This document shows, one piece after another, positions 1-9,209 of a stretch of DNA of 64,000 nucleotides. A model generated the notes under the pieces. It did no database searches, was not told the origin of the DNA, and worked only from the letters and a program-made list of their open reading frames with translations. The number at the start of each line of letters is the position of its first letter. Positions within the stretch are counted from its first letter, which is position 1. The DNA comes from Firmicutes bacterium UBA1393 (GTDB taxonomy: Bacteria; Bacillota; DTU025): the NCBI GenBank assembly GCA_002305255.1, contig DBQN01000076.1, forward strand, positions 18,799 through 82,798, read 5' to 3'. A program made the position numbers and the translations under genes.

Positions 1-1398
1 AGGGTCATCGCTTATCATGATCAGCGCTCTGCCTGCAGCAGCTAGCTGCCTCAGGAATAGGTAGATCTCCTCTTTGGTACCCACATCTACCCCGGCCGTG
101 GGTTGATCGAGTATGAGGATGTCGGGCGACGCCGACAGCCACTTGGCGAGCACCACCTTCTGCTGATTGCCTCCGGATAAGGTGCCTACCTGCACCGCAG
201 GCGAAGCAGACTTGATGTTCAGGCGAGTCGTCATCGAGCTTACCTGCTGCTTCCGCCGCCGATGATCCAGGAACGGCCCCCGGGTGAAGGTCGCGGTCAC
301 GGGAAGGAGCACGTTATCTGACACCGGTCTCACCAGCACGAGGCCCTGCTGCTTCCTGTCTTCAGGCAATAACGCCAGTCCGGATGCGACCGCCGCCCTC
401 GGGTTCGATGGCGCGTAGTCGCGGCCTTTCATCTTTATCGAGCCGGTCTTCACAGAGCCATCAGCGCCAAAGATAGCCCGCGCAAGCTCTGTACGGCCCG
501 ATCCCACCAGGCCGGCTATGCCCAGTATCTCGCCTCTTCTGAGACTGAAGCTCACATCCTCAAACTTGCCGCGGCGGCCGAGACCGCGCACTACCATGAT
601 CTCCTCGCCTTTACCGGCCGACTGCCGGCCGTGAGTCGACGAGTCTTCCAGTCGCACCTTGTCGCCTGCGGTGATCTCCCGGCCCAGCATGTGATGGACC
701 AGGGTGCGCCTGTCGAGTTCATCCACTGCGCGCACAGCCACGACTTGCCCGTCTCGCAATACGGTGACTCTGCTCGCCACCCGGAACACCTCTTCGAGGA
801 AGTGGCTGATGTACACTATGGATGTGCCTGCGTCTCTAAGTCGGAACATCACCTTGAACAGCTCATCGCGCTCTGCTCGCGACAGGCGGGCCGTGGGCTC
901 ATCCATCACCAGGATCCTGGCGTTCGCGGCGATGGCCTTGGCGATCTGCACCAGTTGCTGTTCGGCAACGCCCAGGTCTGACACTCTCGCCCGAGGGTCG
1001 ACGGCAGTGAACCCAAGCTCACCGAGGAGCCTGACGCTGCGCTCGGCAAGCGCCTTCTTGTTCAAGAGCATGTTGCCCGGAAACGACGTGCTCCGCCGGG
1101 GCTCCATACCAAGCATGATGTTCTCGGCAGCAGTCAGAGTTGGCACCAGGCTGAACTCCTGGTGGATCACGGCGACTCCACTCTGCTGTGCCTGGCGGGG
1201 GGTGCGCATCTCGCAAACACGTCCTGCAATGGCCACCTGCCCTTCATAGTCGGGGTAGGCGCCTGCAAGCACCTTCATCAGAGTGGACTTGCCTGCCCCG
1301 TTGGCTCCCACCAACGCATGCACCTCTCCATGCATTAGGTTGAAGTCGACGTTATCGAGGGCAAGTACGCCGGGAAAGCGCTTCGTTATCCCGCGCAT
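1..1398 (-). CDS. Sugar ABC transporter ATP-binding protein with two nucleotide-binding domains (RbsA/MglA-like). The C-terminus is truncated by the window edge.
   Basis: The minus-strand translation starts MRGITKRFPGVLALDNVDFNLMHGEVHALVGANGAGKSTLMK (Walker A). It continues through LSGGQQQ...ILVMDEPT and a second NBD (LSGGNQQKVVLAKWL...LILDQPTAGVDV). It is not in the ORF track because it runs off the window at position 1. Confidence 0.85.
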   Translation of the reverse strand, partial: MRGITKRFPGVLALDNVDFNLMHGEVHALVGANGAGKSTLMKVLAGAYPDYEGQVAIAGRVCEMRTPRQAQQSGVAVIHQEFSLVPTLTAAENIMLGMEPRRSTSFPGNMLLNKKALAERSVRLLGELGFTAVDPRARVSDLGVAEQQLVQIAKAIAANARILVMDEPTARLSRAERDELFKVMFRLRDAGTSIVYISHFLEEVFRVASRVTVLRDGQVVAVRAVDELDRRTLVHHMLGREITAGDKVRLEDSSTHGRQSAGKGEEIMVVRGLGRRGKFEDVSFSLRRGEILGIAGLVGSGRTELARAIFGADGSVKTGSIKMKGRDYAPSNPRAAVASGLALLPEDRKQQGLVLVRPVSDNVLLPVTATFTRGPFLDHRRRKQQVSSMTTRLNIKSASPAVQVGTLSGGNQQKVVLAKWLSASPDILILDQPTAGVDVGTKEEIYLFLRQLAAAGRALIMISDDP

Positions 1399-1524
1399 CT
1401 CCAACACAGGCTGCAAGAGACCACCTTCAATCAGTCAGTCAATCACTCAGTCGTGGGAAGGCCGGAGGGGGACGCCAACGGCGCCCCGCCCCGGTCGGCT
1501 CTGTTCTGCGCGCTGCCGCCTGAC

Positions 1525-2469
1525 TTACCAGGCCGGAGCGTATTCGTCTACGTTCGCGCTGGTGATCAGGGGCAGATCCAGGAAGTAGTTGGGCGTCGGT
1601 ATCTTCGACTTCTCGCCGTTGAGATAGAGAGACGCCATATGTAGGGCCTCAACTGCCTGAGGATACGGATCCTGGTTCACTGTGCCGTATACGATACCTT
1701 CCTTGATGGCATCGCGAACGTCCTTGGGGTAGTCTCCGAGGATCCAGCGGACCTCTGTGCGACCGGCCATCTTCGCGTACCTGGCTGCTGCAACGCCCTC
1801 AGGCCCCTGGTCGATGATGGCGTCAAGCTGGCCCTTGGGGTAGCGCGAAAGGATGTCCTGCGCCTTCGCCAGTGCCTTGGCGCTGTCCCAGTCAGCGGCC
1901 ACCGAGGTCACGATCTTGATATCGGGGTAGTCCTTGAGGTAGTCGTCAAGACCCTGCTTGCGCAGGACCTGGGCGGAGGTGCCGAGCTGCCCCATGATGA
2001 GGGCGACCTGCGCGGACTTGCCGACTGCTTCGACGAGGAGTTTGCCTTGCTGCTTGCCGAAGTAGTAGTCATCTGCTCCGACGAATGTAACGATCTCCGC
2101 ACCCTCGCCAACCTTGTTGTTGGCAGAGATCACGGGGATACCGGCTGCGTTCGCCTGCTTGATTACGGGCACTACTGCCTGGGCGTCGCCGGGCACTATG
2201 ACGATCATGTCGACCTTCTCGGCTATGAACTGCCTGACCACGGCCACCTGAGTGTTGGGGTCGCCCTGCCCGTCGCGAAGGAGAAGCTTGAGGTTGTACT
2301 TGGCGGCGCCATCATTGAGACCCTTGATGAAATTGGCGTAGAAAGGTACGGACATGTTCCAGATAGTCGCCCCGATAGTGAACTGCTCCGCCGCGGCGTT
2401 CACCGCTCCGGCGAACACGACTGCTGACAGAACCGCAAGTATTGCGAGTAAACGGATTGTGCGTCGCAT
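1525..2469 (-). CDS. Sugar ABC transporter substrate-binding protein (periplasmic-binding-protein type I fold, ribose/xylose-like).
   Basis: 314 aa with an N-terminal signal/anchor (MRRTIRLLAILAVLSAVVFAGAVNA) and a PBP-I-like sequence. It lies in an operon between the permease and the ATPase. Confidence 0.8.
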   Translation of the reverse strand: MRRTIRLLAILAVLSAVVFAGAVNAAAEQFTIGATIWNMSVPFYANFIKGLNDGAAKYNLKLLLRDGQGDPNTQVAVVRQFIAEKVDMIVIVPGDAQAVVPVIKQANAAGIPVISANNKVGEGAEIVTFVGADDYYFGKQQGKLLVEAVGKSAQVALIMGQLGTSAQVLRKQGLDDYLKDYPDIKIVTSVAADWDSAKALAKAQDILSRYPKGQLDAIIDQGPEGVAAARYAKMAGRTEVRWILGDYPKDVRDAIKEGIVYGTVNQDPYPQAVEALHMASLYLNGEKSKIPTPNYFLDLPLITSANVDEYAPAW

Positions 2470-2592
2470 ATCAACTGCCTCCTATCGATTTGCATAGATT
2501 CGGAACTGTTTAACCCGATTCGATACGTTTCGATACGTGCCCCCACACACCGCGTCGCCTGCGGGCTCGCTTGCCCGCCCGGATCACCACCT

Positions 2593-3546
2593 TCACCTAT
2601 GCCCCTTTGTTGCGGTATCGAGACCGACTGCGAGCAGGATGATCAAGCCCGTCACAGCAGGTTGCCAGTAAGGCGAGACATTCATCAAGTTCAGCGCGTT
2701 GGAGATCAAGCCGAGAACGAGCACTCCGATGATGGTGTTCAGCACGCTTCCCTGCCCGCCGGAGAGGGGCGTGCCCCCTACCACGACGGCAGCGATGGCG
2801 TTGAGCTCGTAGCCTACGGCCGCCTGAGGTTGGCCTGTGTTGGTCTGGCCGAGAAGGATGAGGCCTCCCACGCCGGCGAGGAGTGCTGTGACGGTGTACA
2901 CCACTGTCTTAGTCCTCTTTACGTCGATGCCCGATAGCCTAGTCGCATCCTCGTTGCCGCCCAGCGCCAGCACATATTGACCATAGGGAGTATGCTTGAG
3001 GAGCACCTGCATGACTACGGCTATGACGACAGCAAGCGATGTCGCGATGGGAAATGGGCCGATGTTGCCCAGGCCCACCCTCATGTATTCGAAGGGCAGC
3101 CCGTAGATGGGCGTAGCATTAGTGGCGATGTAGAGGATGCCCCGCGTGAGCGTCTGAACGCCTAGGGTAGTTACGAACGGCACAATCCCAGCTCTCGATA
3201 TGAGGAGCCCGTTGAGCAACCCCGCCGCGGTGGCTGCGGCCAAACCGGCCAGCACGCCGAGGAGGATTCCGTGGCGGACCATGACAGCGGCTCCAGCCAT
3301 CCCAGCCAGGGCGGCAGTGGAACCCACCGACAGGTCGATGCCTCCGGTGATCAGCACGAAGGTCACCCCTGAGGCTATGATCGCGTTGACGGAGTTCTGC
3401 TGCAGCAAGTTCAGCAAGTTCTGGGGATTTCTGAACGTGGGCACTGTCGCGTACAGCAGCGCGAACATGACCACCAGGATGATCACCATTCCATAAGATC
3501 GTACGAAGCTCTTCATCGGCCCGACCTCACTTAACCATCGTCGCAA
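2593..3546 (-). CDS. Sugar ABC transporter permease (RbsC/AraH-like, about 10 TM helices).
   Basis: 317 aa, very hydrophobic, similar to the ribose-type permease family. It overlaps the ROK gene by 20 nt, suggesting translational coupling. The start may be the internal MKSF. Confidence 0.8.
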   Translation of the reverse strand: MRRWLSEVGPMKSFVRSYGMVIILVVMFALLYATVPTFRNPQNLLNLLQQNSVNAIIASGVTFVLITGGIDLSVGSTAALAGMAGAAVMVRHGILLGVLAGLAAATAAGLLNGLLISRAGIVPFVTTLGVQTLTRGILYIATNATPIYGLPFEYMRVGLGNIGPFPIATSLAVVIAVVMQVLLKHTPYGQYVLALGGNEDATRLSGIDVKRTKTVVYTVTALLAGVGGLILLGQTNTGQPQAAVGYELNAIAAVVVGGTPLSGGQGSVLNTIIGVLVLGLISNALNLMNVSPYWQPAVTGLIILLAVGLDTATKGHR

Positions 3547-4726
3547 GGGGGTTCTCGGTAGTGCTGTGGAGTGTGAGTGCCACGGCTCCCATTACGCCTG
3601 CGTCAACCCCCAGTGAGCTGACCCTGATATCCGGAGCCGCCTGCAACACAGGGCGGCACAGCTCCTCCAGCCGGTCCTTGAACAGATCGGCTCCGCCTGC
3701 CACACCTCCGCCCAGCACGATCACCTCGGGGTCGAGCACAGTGGCCAGCGCCAGCACGGCTATGGACAGGTGCCGGGCAAACTCCTCCACAGCCTCAACT
3801 GCAGCCGGATCGCCCTTCCTTGCCAGCTCGAACACTCTCTCGGCGTCGGCTTCGGTGTCGGCACCTGCATCGGCTCTGCCCTGCGCCTTCAAGCGGTAAA
3901 GCGCCGCAAGGCCGGTGCCGCTGGCCGTCTGTTCAAGGCATCCAAAGGGCCGGTACTCCAGGCCAAGGCAAGACGGATCGGTGACGAGATCACACACTTC
4001 GCCGGCAGCGCGACGGGATCCCAGATGGAGTCGGCCATCGAGGACGATGCCTGCTCCAAGCCCTGTGCCAATCGCAAGGCACGCCATGCTTCTGCTGCCC
4101 TGCCCCGCCCCGTACCAGTACTCGCCCAGTGCCAGGAGGTTCACATCGTTCTCAACGAACACCCTGTAGGGGAGTGCAGCTTCCAGGTCTCGCTTGAGGT
4201 CAACCCACTGCCAACCCAATGCAGGCGCCCACTTCACGACTCCGTTGTCTAGCACCACTCCCGGTATCCCCACACCCACGCCCCGAATGAGGCCGGGATC
4301 GATGCCGGATCTGGTCACTATCTCATTGATGAAGCTCACCAGTGAACTCAGAACAGCGTCGCCGCCGCGGTCGGCCGCCGTGGGTTGCACCATGCGCACC
4401 AGGGGCCTACCGCCGAGGTCAGTGAGGGCTCCCGCCATCTTGGTGCCCCCGAGGTCTACTCCCACCACGTAGCCTGACGTCTCATTCAAGCCCAGCAGCA
4501 CCTGTCGCCTCCCGCCGCCCTTTGACTCCGCGCGATGCAGCTCCACAACTAGGCCCTCAGTTCTCAACTCGGTGATGATCTTTGATACCGTCGCCCGCGC
4601 CAGCCCGCTTACCTCACATATCTGAGTCTGCGAGATCGGACCCTGTTTGGACAGCAAGTCAACAACTGCCGCTCTGTTCATTGCCTTCATCAGTGCCGGG
4701 TTCCCTGGACGGATCATCCTGTGCAC
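3527..4726 (-). CDS. ROK-family transcriptional regulator (NagC/XylR-like).
   Basis: N-terminal winged HTH (MKAMNRAAVVDLLSKQGPISQTQICEVSGLARATVSKIITEL). The ROK sugar-kinase-like body carries the Cys/His motif (CLGLEYRPFGCLE). It is the first gene of the sugar ABC operon. Confidence 0.85.
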   Translation of the reverse strand: MHRMIRPGNPALMKAMNRAAVVDLLSKQGPISQTQICEVSGLARATVSKIITELRTEGLVVELHRAESKGGGRRQVLLGLNETSGYVVGVDLGGTKMAGALTDLGGRPLVRMVQPTAADRGGDAVLSSLVSFINEIVTRSGIDPGLIRGVGVGIPGVVLDNGVVKWAPALGWQWVDLKRDLEAALPYRVFVENDVNLLALGEYWYGAGQGSRSMACLAIGTGLGAGIVLDGRLHLGSRRAAGEVCDLVTDPSCLGLEYRPFGCLEQTASGTGLAALYRLKAQGRADAGADTEADAERVFELARKGDPAAVEAVEEFARHLSIAVLALATVLDPEVIVLGGGVAGGADLFKDRLEELCRPVLQAAPDIRVSSLGVDAGVMGAVALTLHSTTENPLATMVK

Positions 4727-4806
4727 CTCACACCGATTTTGAAATGTTTATTCGCCAAAGAAACAAACTATCCTGCCACTATCCCACGGAGGCGCAGAAA
4801 AGTTGC

Positions 4807-5694
4807 CTACGCTTCTACCCCTGCCTGGCGCAGTTGCTCCTTTGCGATTCGCCTGCCTGTGGGCGTCACTGCGAGTCCGCCGCCAGCGGTCTCTCTGAGT
4901 GAGACGGGCAGGTCTCGACCGACTGCCCCCATGGCGTCTATGACCTCATCCGGAGGAATGACACTTCGTATCCCGGCCATGGCCATGCTCGCAGCGGCCA
5001 GCGACACTGATGATGATATGGCATTGCGTTTGATACATGGGACTTCTACAAGACCGGCTACGGGGTCGCACACCAGGCCCAACATGCCCTTCAGGGCCAG
5101 AGCTACCGCCTGTATACACTGCTCCGGACTGCCGCCACTGAGCTGCACCACCGCCGCTGCAGCCATGGCAGCAGCTGAGCCGCACTCTGCCTGGCATCCG
5201 CCGGCGGCACCCGAGAGCGTGCTCTTCCTCTCTATGACGGATCCGATGGCGCCCGCGGCGAACAGCGCTTCGATGAGCTCATCATCGCCGGACCCAAGGC
5301 GCTCGCCTACCGCCAGCAGCACCCCTGGGATGATCCCACACGAGCCTGCGGTGGGCGCCGCCACGATCCTGCCCATACATGCGTTGACCTCGCTCACGGC
5401 AAGCGCGTAGGAGATCGCCGAGCAGAGAGGCTCGCCTCCGATGGCGCGCACCGCCTCCGGGGCCTGTCGCATCAGGCGAGCGTCGCCACCGGTGAGGCCA
5501 CTTCTCGATCTCCCGCCTCCGAGCCCTCTGGCGACGGCGTCTCGCATGACCTGAAGGCGGTCTCGCATCCGCTCATTGAGCGACTCGACCGGCTCCCCCG
5601 TCTCCTGCCACTCCCACTCCCTGGCCAGAACACCTATGTTCACCCCGAGCGACGAGGCCGAGGCTGCCAATTCCTGAAGACTGATTGCCTGCAT
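4807..5694 (-). CDS. sdaAA: L-serine dehydratase, iron-sulfur-dependent, alpha subunit.
   Basis: 295 aa with conserved SdaAA motifs (GGCQAECGSAAAMAA; LVCDPVAGLVEVPCIKRNA). It sits directly downstream of the beta subunit. Confidence 0.9.
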   Translation of the reverse strand: MQAISLQELAASASSLGVNIGVLAREWEWQETGEPVESLNERMRDRLQVMRDAVARGLGGGRSRSGLTGGDARLMRQAPEAVRAIGGEPLCSAISYALAVSEVNACMGRIVAAPTAGSCGIIPGVLLAVGERLGSGDDELIEALFAAGAIGSVIERKSTLSGAAGGCQAECGSAAAMAAAAVVQLSGGSPEQCIQAVALALKGMLGLVCDPVAGLVEVPCIKRNAISSSVSLAAASMAMAGIRSVIPPDEVIDAMGAVGRDLPVSLRETAGGGLAVTPTGRRIAKEQLRQAGVEA

Positions 5695-5708
5695 GCCTAA
5701 ACTACCTC

Positions 5709-6383
5709 CTACGAAACCGCCAGGGGCGGCAGGCTGATAGTGGACCGGATGCCGTTCATCCGCGAGAGCACCGCCGTCAGCTCGGGCGATGCGGCCTGGT
5801 CCAGTTGGATGATGGCCAGCGCAGTGCCGTGGCGCGCCTCCCGTGACACGTTCATCGTCGCAATGTTCACATCCTCCGTGGCGAGGAGGGAGGTGATCCT
5901 GGCTATTACGCCGGGTTGGTCGGTATATGCCACGATCAGGGCATGGTTCTCACCTGTGAACGCTACGTCGAACTTGCCGATGCGGGTGATCACGATGGCG
6001 CCGCCGCCCACTGACGAGCCGGTGACCTCGACGATGCTTCCTGACGCCGTGGTCAGCTCCATCTTTGCCGTATTGGGATGCACGTCGCCGAGGTCGGCAG
6101 GTTCGATATGCACTTCAAGCCCGGCTTCTGCCGCCCACTTCATCGAGTCTGGAATGCGTTCATCATCAGGCGTCATGCCGAGCAAGCCCGCCACCAGCGC
6201 CACGTCAGTGCCATGGCCGCGATAGGTCTGGGCGAATGAGCCATGAAGCAGTATGCGGGCAGATCTGGGCTGTCCGCCTGCGATGGCGCGGCTAGCGAGG
6301 CCCAATCGCACCGCGCCCGCGGTGTGAGAGGAGGACGGCCCAACCATAATCGGGCCTATTATCTGAAATACGCTGCCCATGTC
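5709..6383 (-). CDS. sdaAB: L-serine dehydratase beta subunit (ACT-like regulatory domain).
   Basis: MGSVFQIIGPIMVGPSSSHTAGAVRLG is typical of SdaAB. The start was refined to the ATG preceded by AAGGAGA; the ORF track extends it to 6446. Confidence 0.85.
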   Translation of the reverse strand, partial: DMGSVFQIIGPIMVGPSSSHTAGAVRLGLASRAIAGGQPRSARILLHGSFAQTYRGHGTDVALVAGLLGMTPDDERIPDSMKWAAEAGLEVHIEPADLGDVHPNTAKMELTTASGSIVEVTGSSVGGGAIVITRIGKFDVAFTGENHALIVAYTDQPGVIARITSLLATEDVNIATMNVSREARHGTALAIIQLDQAASPELTAVLSRMNGIRSTISLPPLAVS

Positions 6384-6674
6384 AGCTATCTCCTTCGTGG
6401 GGTGAGTCTGCTGGCTAAGTATACCGTACGAACGCCCGGAGTGCATCGGAGCGGGCGGCGGGGAGTTGGCGCGGAGGGGTTGGCCCCGATGGGCCGTCGC
6501 GGCAGAAGGCGGGCGGCGGGGCCGAGGCGGAGCGGCCGCGGCGAAGCAACAGCTGAGGGCGACGGGGCATGGCGGTCTTGCCTGAGCTCGGTGGGCCTGC
6601 CACGTCTTACATAATCACAGCGTGGGACATGATGGTAGAATGAGTGTGCACAGCGTGATGTGCGATATCGAGGT

Positions 6675-6696
6675 CTGAGGTGCGACTGCACCTCAG
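6675..6696 (+). promoter_or_regulatory. Perfect 9-bp-stem hairpin (ctgaggtgc-gact-gcacctcag) in the 5' region of the gene at 6727-8283. A possible attenuator or operator; function unknown.
   Basis: The inverted repeat is read directly from the sequence. No U-tract follows. Confidence 0.3.
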
Positions 6697-6726
6697 CAAC
6701 TGTGTTCCAAATAGACTAAAGCGAAT

Positions 6727-8283
6727 GTGAATGGAAGTGCATACTTCAAGATGAGGAGAGCTTCTGGAGGTCTTGCGACAGTGCTCACCCTTGCTCTGAT
6801 AGCGGCCATGGTCGTGCCGGCCGTCGCAGCTGACAGCGTTACGGAGGTACGCCTTAGTGCCGACGTGACCGGCGATGGACGGGCAGACGTGGTCGAGCTC
6901 ATCGCAGAGCGTTTCGAGCCCGGCTCTGAGTTTGCGCGATCACGTAAGATCCAACTCACCAACGGAGCAAACGGGCGTGTCAGCGTCTTGGATCTGGGAG
7001 AGAAAGGTGCCGGATACGACGGCCGCCTGTGGACAGCCAATCTCGACACGAACAACGTGCCGGAGCTGATGGTCACGGTGGCCACAGGCGGTTCAGGCGG
7101 TATCATCGTGCCGTTTGTCTTGACGGCCCTGGGCGATTCCGGCCTCAGGCATGTGCCGGTAAGGAGCCCGCTCAGTTCGTCGCCGAAGGTCGAGTGGAAG
7201 CCCCGGGATCATTACCAGATAGGCTTTGAGCACGACTTCGGCGCCGGCGCAATCGCCATCGCCAATGATGAGCCGTTCAAAGGCCTGTACTCGTCCAAAG
7301 GGAAGTTGGTGTCAGAGTTCCAGGTGTATGTGGATGACGTGGGCGCCGTGGAAACGCCAGCCGCCACCAGCGGGACCAAGGGCGACCTAATCACGTACAG
7401 GCAGGCATGGGCTGTGTTTCACGCCAACACCATCGCAGTCGTGCGGACGACGTGGAGATGGAACGGACTTCAGCTGGCGCCGGTGAATCTGGAAGTGCTG
7501 CCGGTGTTCTCGGCATCAGAGTACGGCGAGTATCTGAAGGGCCTCGACAAGCGTAACCCCGTGAAGGCCGTTGACACGGCCGTCAGCGACTACATGGCCA
7601 GGTTTGCGCTCCAACCCCGGGCCATCAGGGAGCTGGCATTCAAGGAGTTCCGCGAGTTCCATCTGTTGCTGGCAGACTCGCTGGCTACCACCGACACCGC
7701 AGCGACTGTGGCCGGCACAGGTGCCCGCATCCCGGCACAGAAGGAGTACAAGGCCGGATTCATCCTGGTGTACTCGGGTGAGGGCATGTACAACGTTGTC
7801 CCCGATCCCGACTTCTATCGGACTACCTTCGCCGGCATGCTCGGGCACGAGTACTCAGAATTCCTCGAGCTCGATGCCATCGAGCACACTAAGCCCTACG
7901 CGATGGACGCCGCCATGGTGGTCCCCCTGGGCGAGGTCGGCGCACGAGTAGCTGCGTGGGAGCACTATATGCGGTCGTACCCTAACTCGGCCTTTGCCGA
8001 CGAGGCGAGGCTGCACTACATCTGGCTGCTCTCGGCGTTCCTCGCCGGCACGAACAACACACCGCACGCCGATTACCAGACGCGAACCGTATCAGCGTCG
8101 GTGCTCAGCGCCCTTGACGAGCACGTGCGGCTTTATCCCGGCACGGCAAGCGCGACGGCGGCAAAGCAGGCGGCAACGATATACAGGCAGAACGCCAGAG
8201 TCACAGATGCAGTGCGAACCCGCATAATGAAGCTGGTGGACGAGGCCGTCAAGGCCTCGTCAGGCCCGCAGGTCCGCTCTTAG
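6727..8283 (+). CDS. Secreted or cell-surface protein of unknown function. It has an N-terminal signal peptide, a beta-rich N-domain and an alpha-helical C-domain.
   Basis: The ORF starts with GTG. The likely true start is the ATG at 6751 (MRRASGGLATVLTLALIAAMVVPAVAADS, a signal peptide). No recognisable catalytic motifs. Confidence 0.5.
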   Translation: MNGSAYFKMRRASGGLATVLTLALIAAMVVPAVAADSVTEVRLSADVTGDGRADVVELIAERFEPGSEFARSRKIQLTNGANGRVSVLDLGEKGAGYDGRLWTANLDTNNVPELMVTVATGGSGGIIVPFVLTALGDSGLRHVPVRSPLSSSPKVEWKPRDHYQIGFEHDFGAGAIAIANDEPFKGLYSSKGKLVSEFQVYVDDVGAVETPAATSGTKGDLITYRQAWAVFHANTIAVVRTTWRWNGLQLAPVNLEVLPVFSASEYGEYLKGLDKRNPVKAVDTAVSDYMARFALQPRAIRELAFKEFREFHLLLADSLATTDTAATVAGTGARIPAQKEYKAGFILVYSGEGMYNVVPDPDFYRTTFAGMLGHEYSEFLELDAIEHTKPYAMDAAMVVPLGEVGARVAAWEHYMRSYPNSAFADEARLHYIWLLSAFLAGTNNTPHADYQTRTVSASVLSALDEHVRLYPGTASATAAKQAATIYRQNARVTDAVRTRIMKLVDEAVKASSGPQVRS

Positions 8284-8332
8284 CTTTGGCATACTGGTCG
8301 TCAGCATCCGCGGTCGGCCATACAGACAGAAC

Positions 8333-8360
8333 GAGCCGTGGGCGTATGCACCCACGGCTC
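8333..8360. terminator. Hairpin (gagccgtggg-cgtatgca-cccacggctc) between the convergent 6727-8283 gene and tRNA-Leu. A possible bidirectional terminator.
   Basis: 10-bp GC-rich stem. On the minus strand it is followed by GTTCTGTCTGTAT. Confidence 0.45.
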
Positions 8361-8384
8361 TAGCCTATCGAGCTGGTGAAATCT

Positions 8385-8472
8385 TGGTGCCGGAGGAGGG
8401 ACTCGAACCCTCACGACCTCGCGATCGGATGATTTTGAGTCATCTGCGTCTGCCATTCCGCCACTCCGGCGC
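8385..8472 (-). tRNA. tRNA-Leu(CAA).
   Basis: Reverse complement: gcgccggagtggcggaatggcagacgcagatgactCAAaatcatccgatcgcgaggtcgtgagggttcgagtccctcctccggcaCCA. It has a long variable arm and anticodon CAA. Confidence 0.8.
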
Positions 8473-8478
8473 TACACC

Positions 8479-8507
8479 ATTCTAGCATGCCCGCAACTAG
8501 GGCGCAA
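8479..8507 (-). promoter_or_regulatory. Sigma-A-type promoter for tRNA-Leu. The -35 is TTGCGC, the spacer is 17 nt, and the extended -10 is TGcTAGAAT.
   Basis: Minus-strand reading TTGCGCcctagttgcgggcaTGcTAGAATggtgta. The -10 ends about 7 nt before the tRNA 5' end. Confidence 0.5.
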
Positions 8508-8595
8508 CTCACTACAGGCAGCTCACAACCGCGTTACGGCGTGCTACAACACGGCGCGTAGTGTGCTCCGGCACGTGCTGAGGCAGCGTTCCTGA

Positions 8596-9129
8596 CTAGT
8601 TCATCAACTGCTTTCCGAGGAACGCAGCCGCGGTCTCGGCAAGCTTGATCTCGGTGTTCCCCATCTGCCGGGGTTCCTTGCTCATCAGCACCACCAGGCC
8701 GGCCTTGTTGTCGCCTGACCGTATCGGCGTTACGACCTGCGTTGCGAACTGCAGACCGTCTACTACGGGGTTCTCGTTCGGAGACGACGCCACAAAGGTA
8801 GATGTCATGCTCAGCATCTCAGTGGCCTGCTCGGATATGCGCTTTTCGAGCAACGGCTTCTTGGGCGTGCCGGCGACGGCGACGACCTCGGTATCATCGG
8901 TGATCAGAGCCACGCATCCGGTAGCGTCGAACAACGAGTCGGCATACTCTTGCGCGAAAAGGCTGAGGTCGGTCATGGGAGAGTACTTCTTCAGAATGAC
9001 CTCTCCGTCTCGGTCGGTGAATATCTCAAGGGGATCTCCTTCTCTGATCCTGAGGGTCCTGCGGATCTCCTTTGGAATGACGACTCGTCCAAGATCGTCG
9101 ATGCGTCTTACAATGCCCGTTGCTTTCAC
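8596..9129 (-). CDS. spoVT: Stage V sporulation protein T (AbrB-type N-domain plus GAF-like C-domain).
   Basis: (V/M)KATGIVRRIDDLGRVVIPKEIRRTLRIREGDPLEIFTDRDGEVILKKYSP is almost identical to the B. subtilis SpoVT N-terminus. A GTG start is preceded by GGGAGGG. The track ORF extends to 9315 through pfkA and is not believed. Confidence 0.85.
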   Translation of the reverse strand: MKATGIVRRIDDLGRVVIPKEIRRTLRIREGDPLEIFTDRDGEVILKKYSPMTDLSLFAQEYADSLFDATGCVALITDDTEVVAVAGTPKKPLLEKRISEQATEMLSMTSTFVASSPNENPVVDGLQFATQVVTPIRSGDNKAGLVVLMSKEPRQMGNTEIKLAETAAAFLGKQLMN

Positions 9130-9209
9130 TTCTTGCCCTCCCATTTCGTTGGCACCGTCATCAAGAGTATTCTGCCGTAGCTGCCATATCCATATACTAA
9201 AGCGCTGAA

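Noticed and set aside
6386-6691. A 101-aa Arg/Pro-rich ORF in the sdaAB leader.
   Set aside because: Its composition is driven by the C-rich tract. It has no start context and is treated as non-coding leader.
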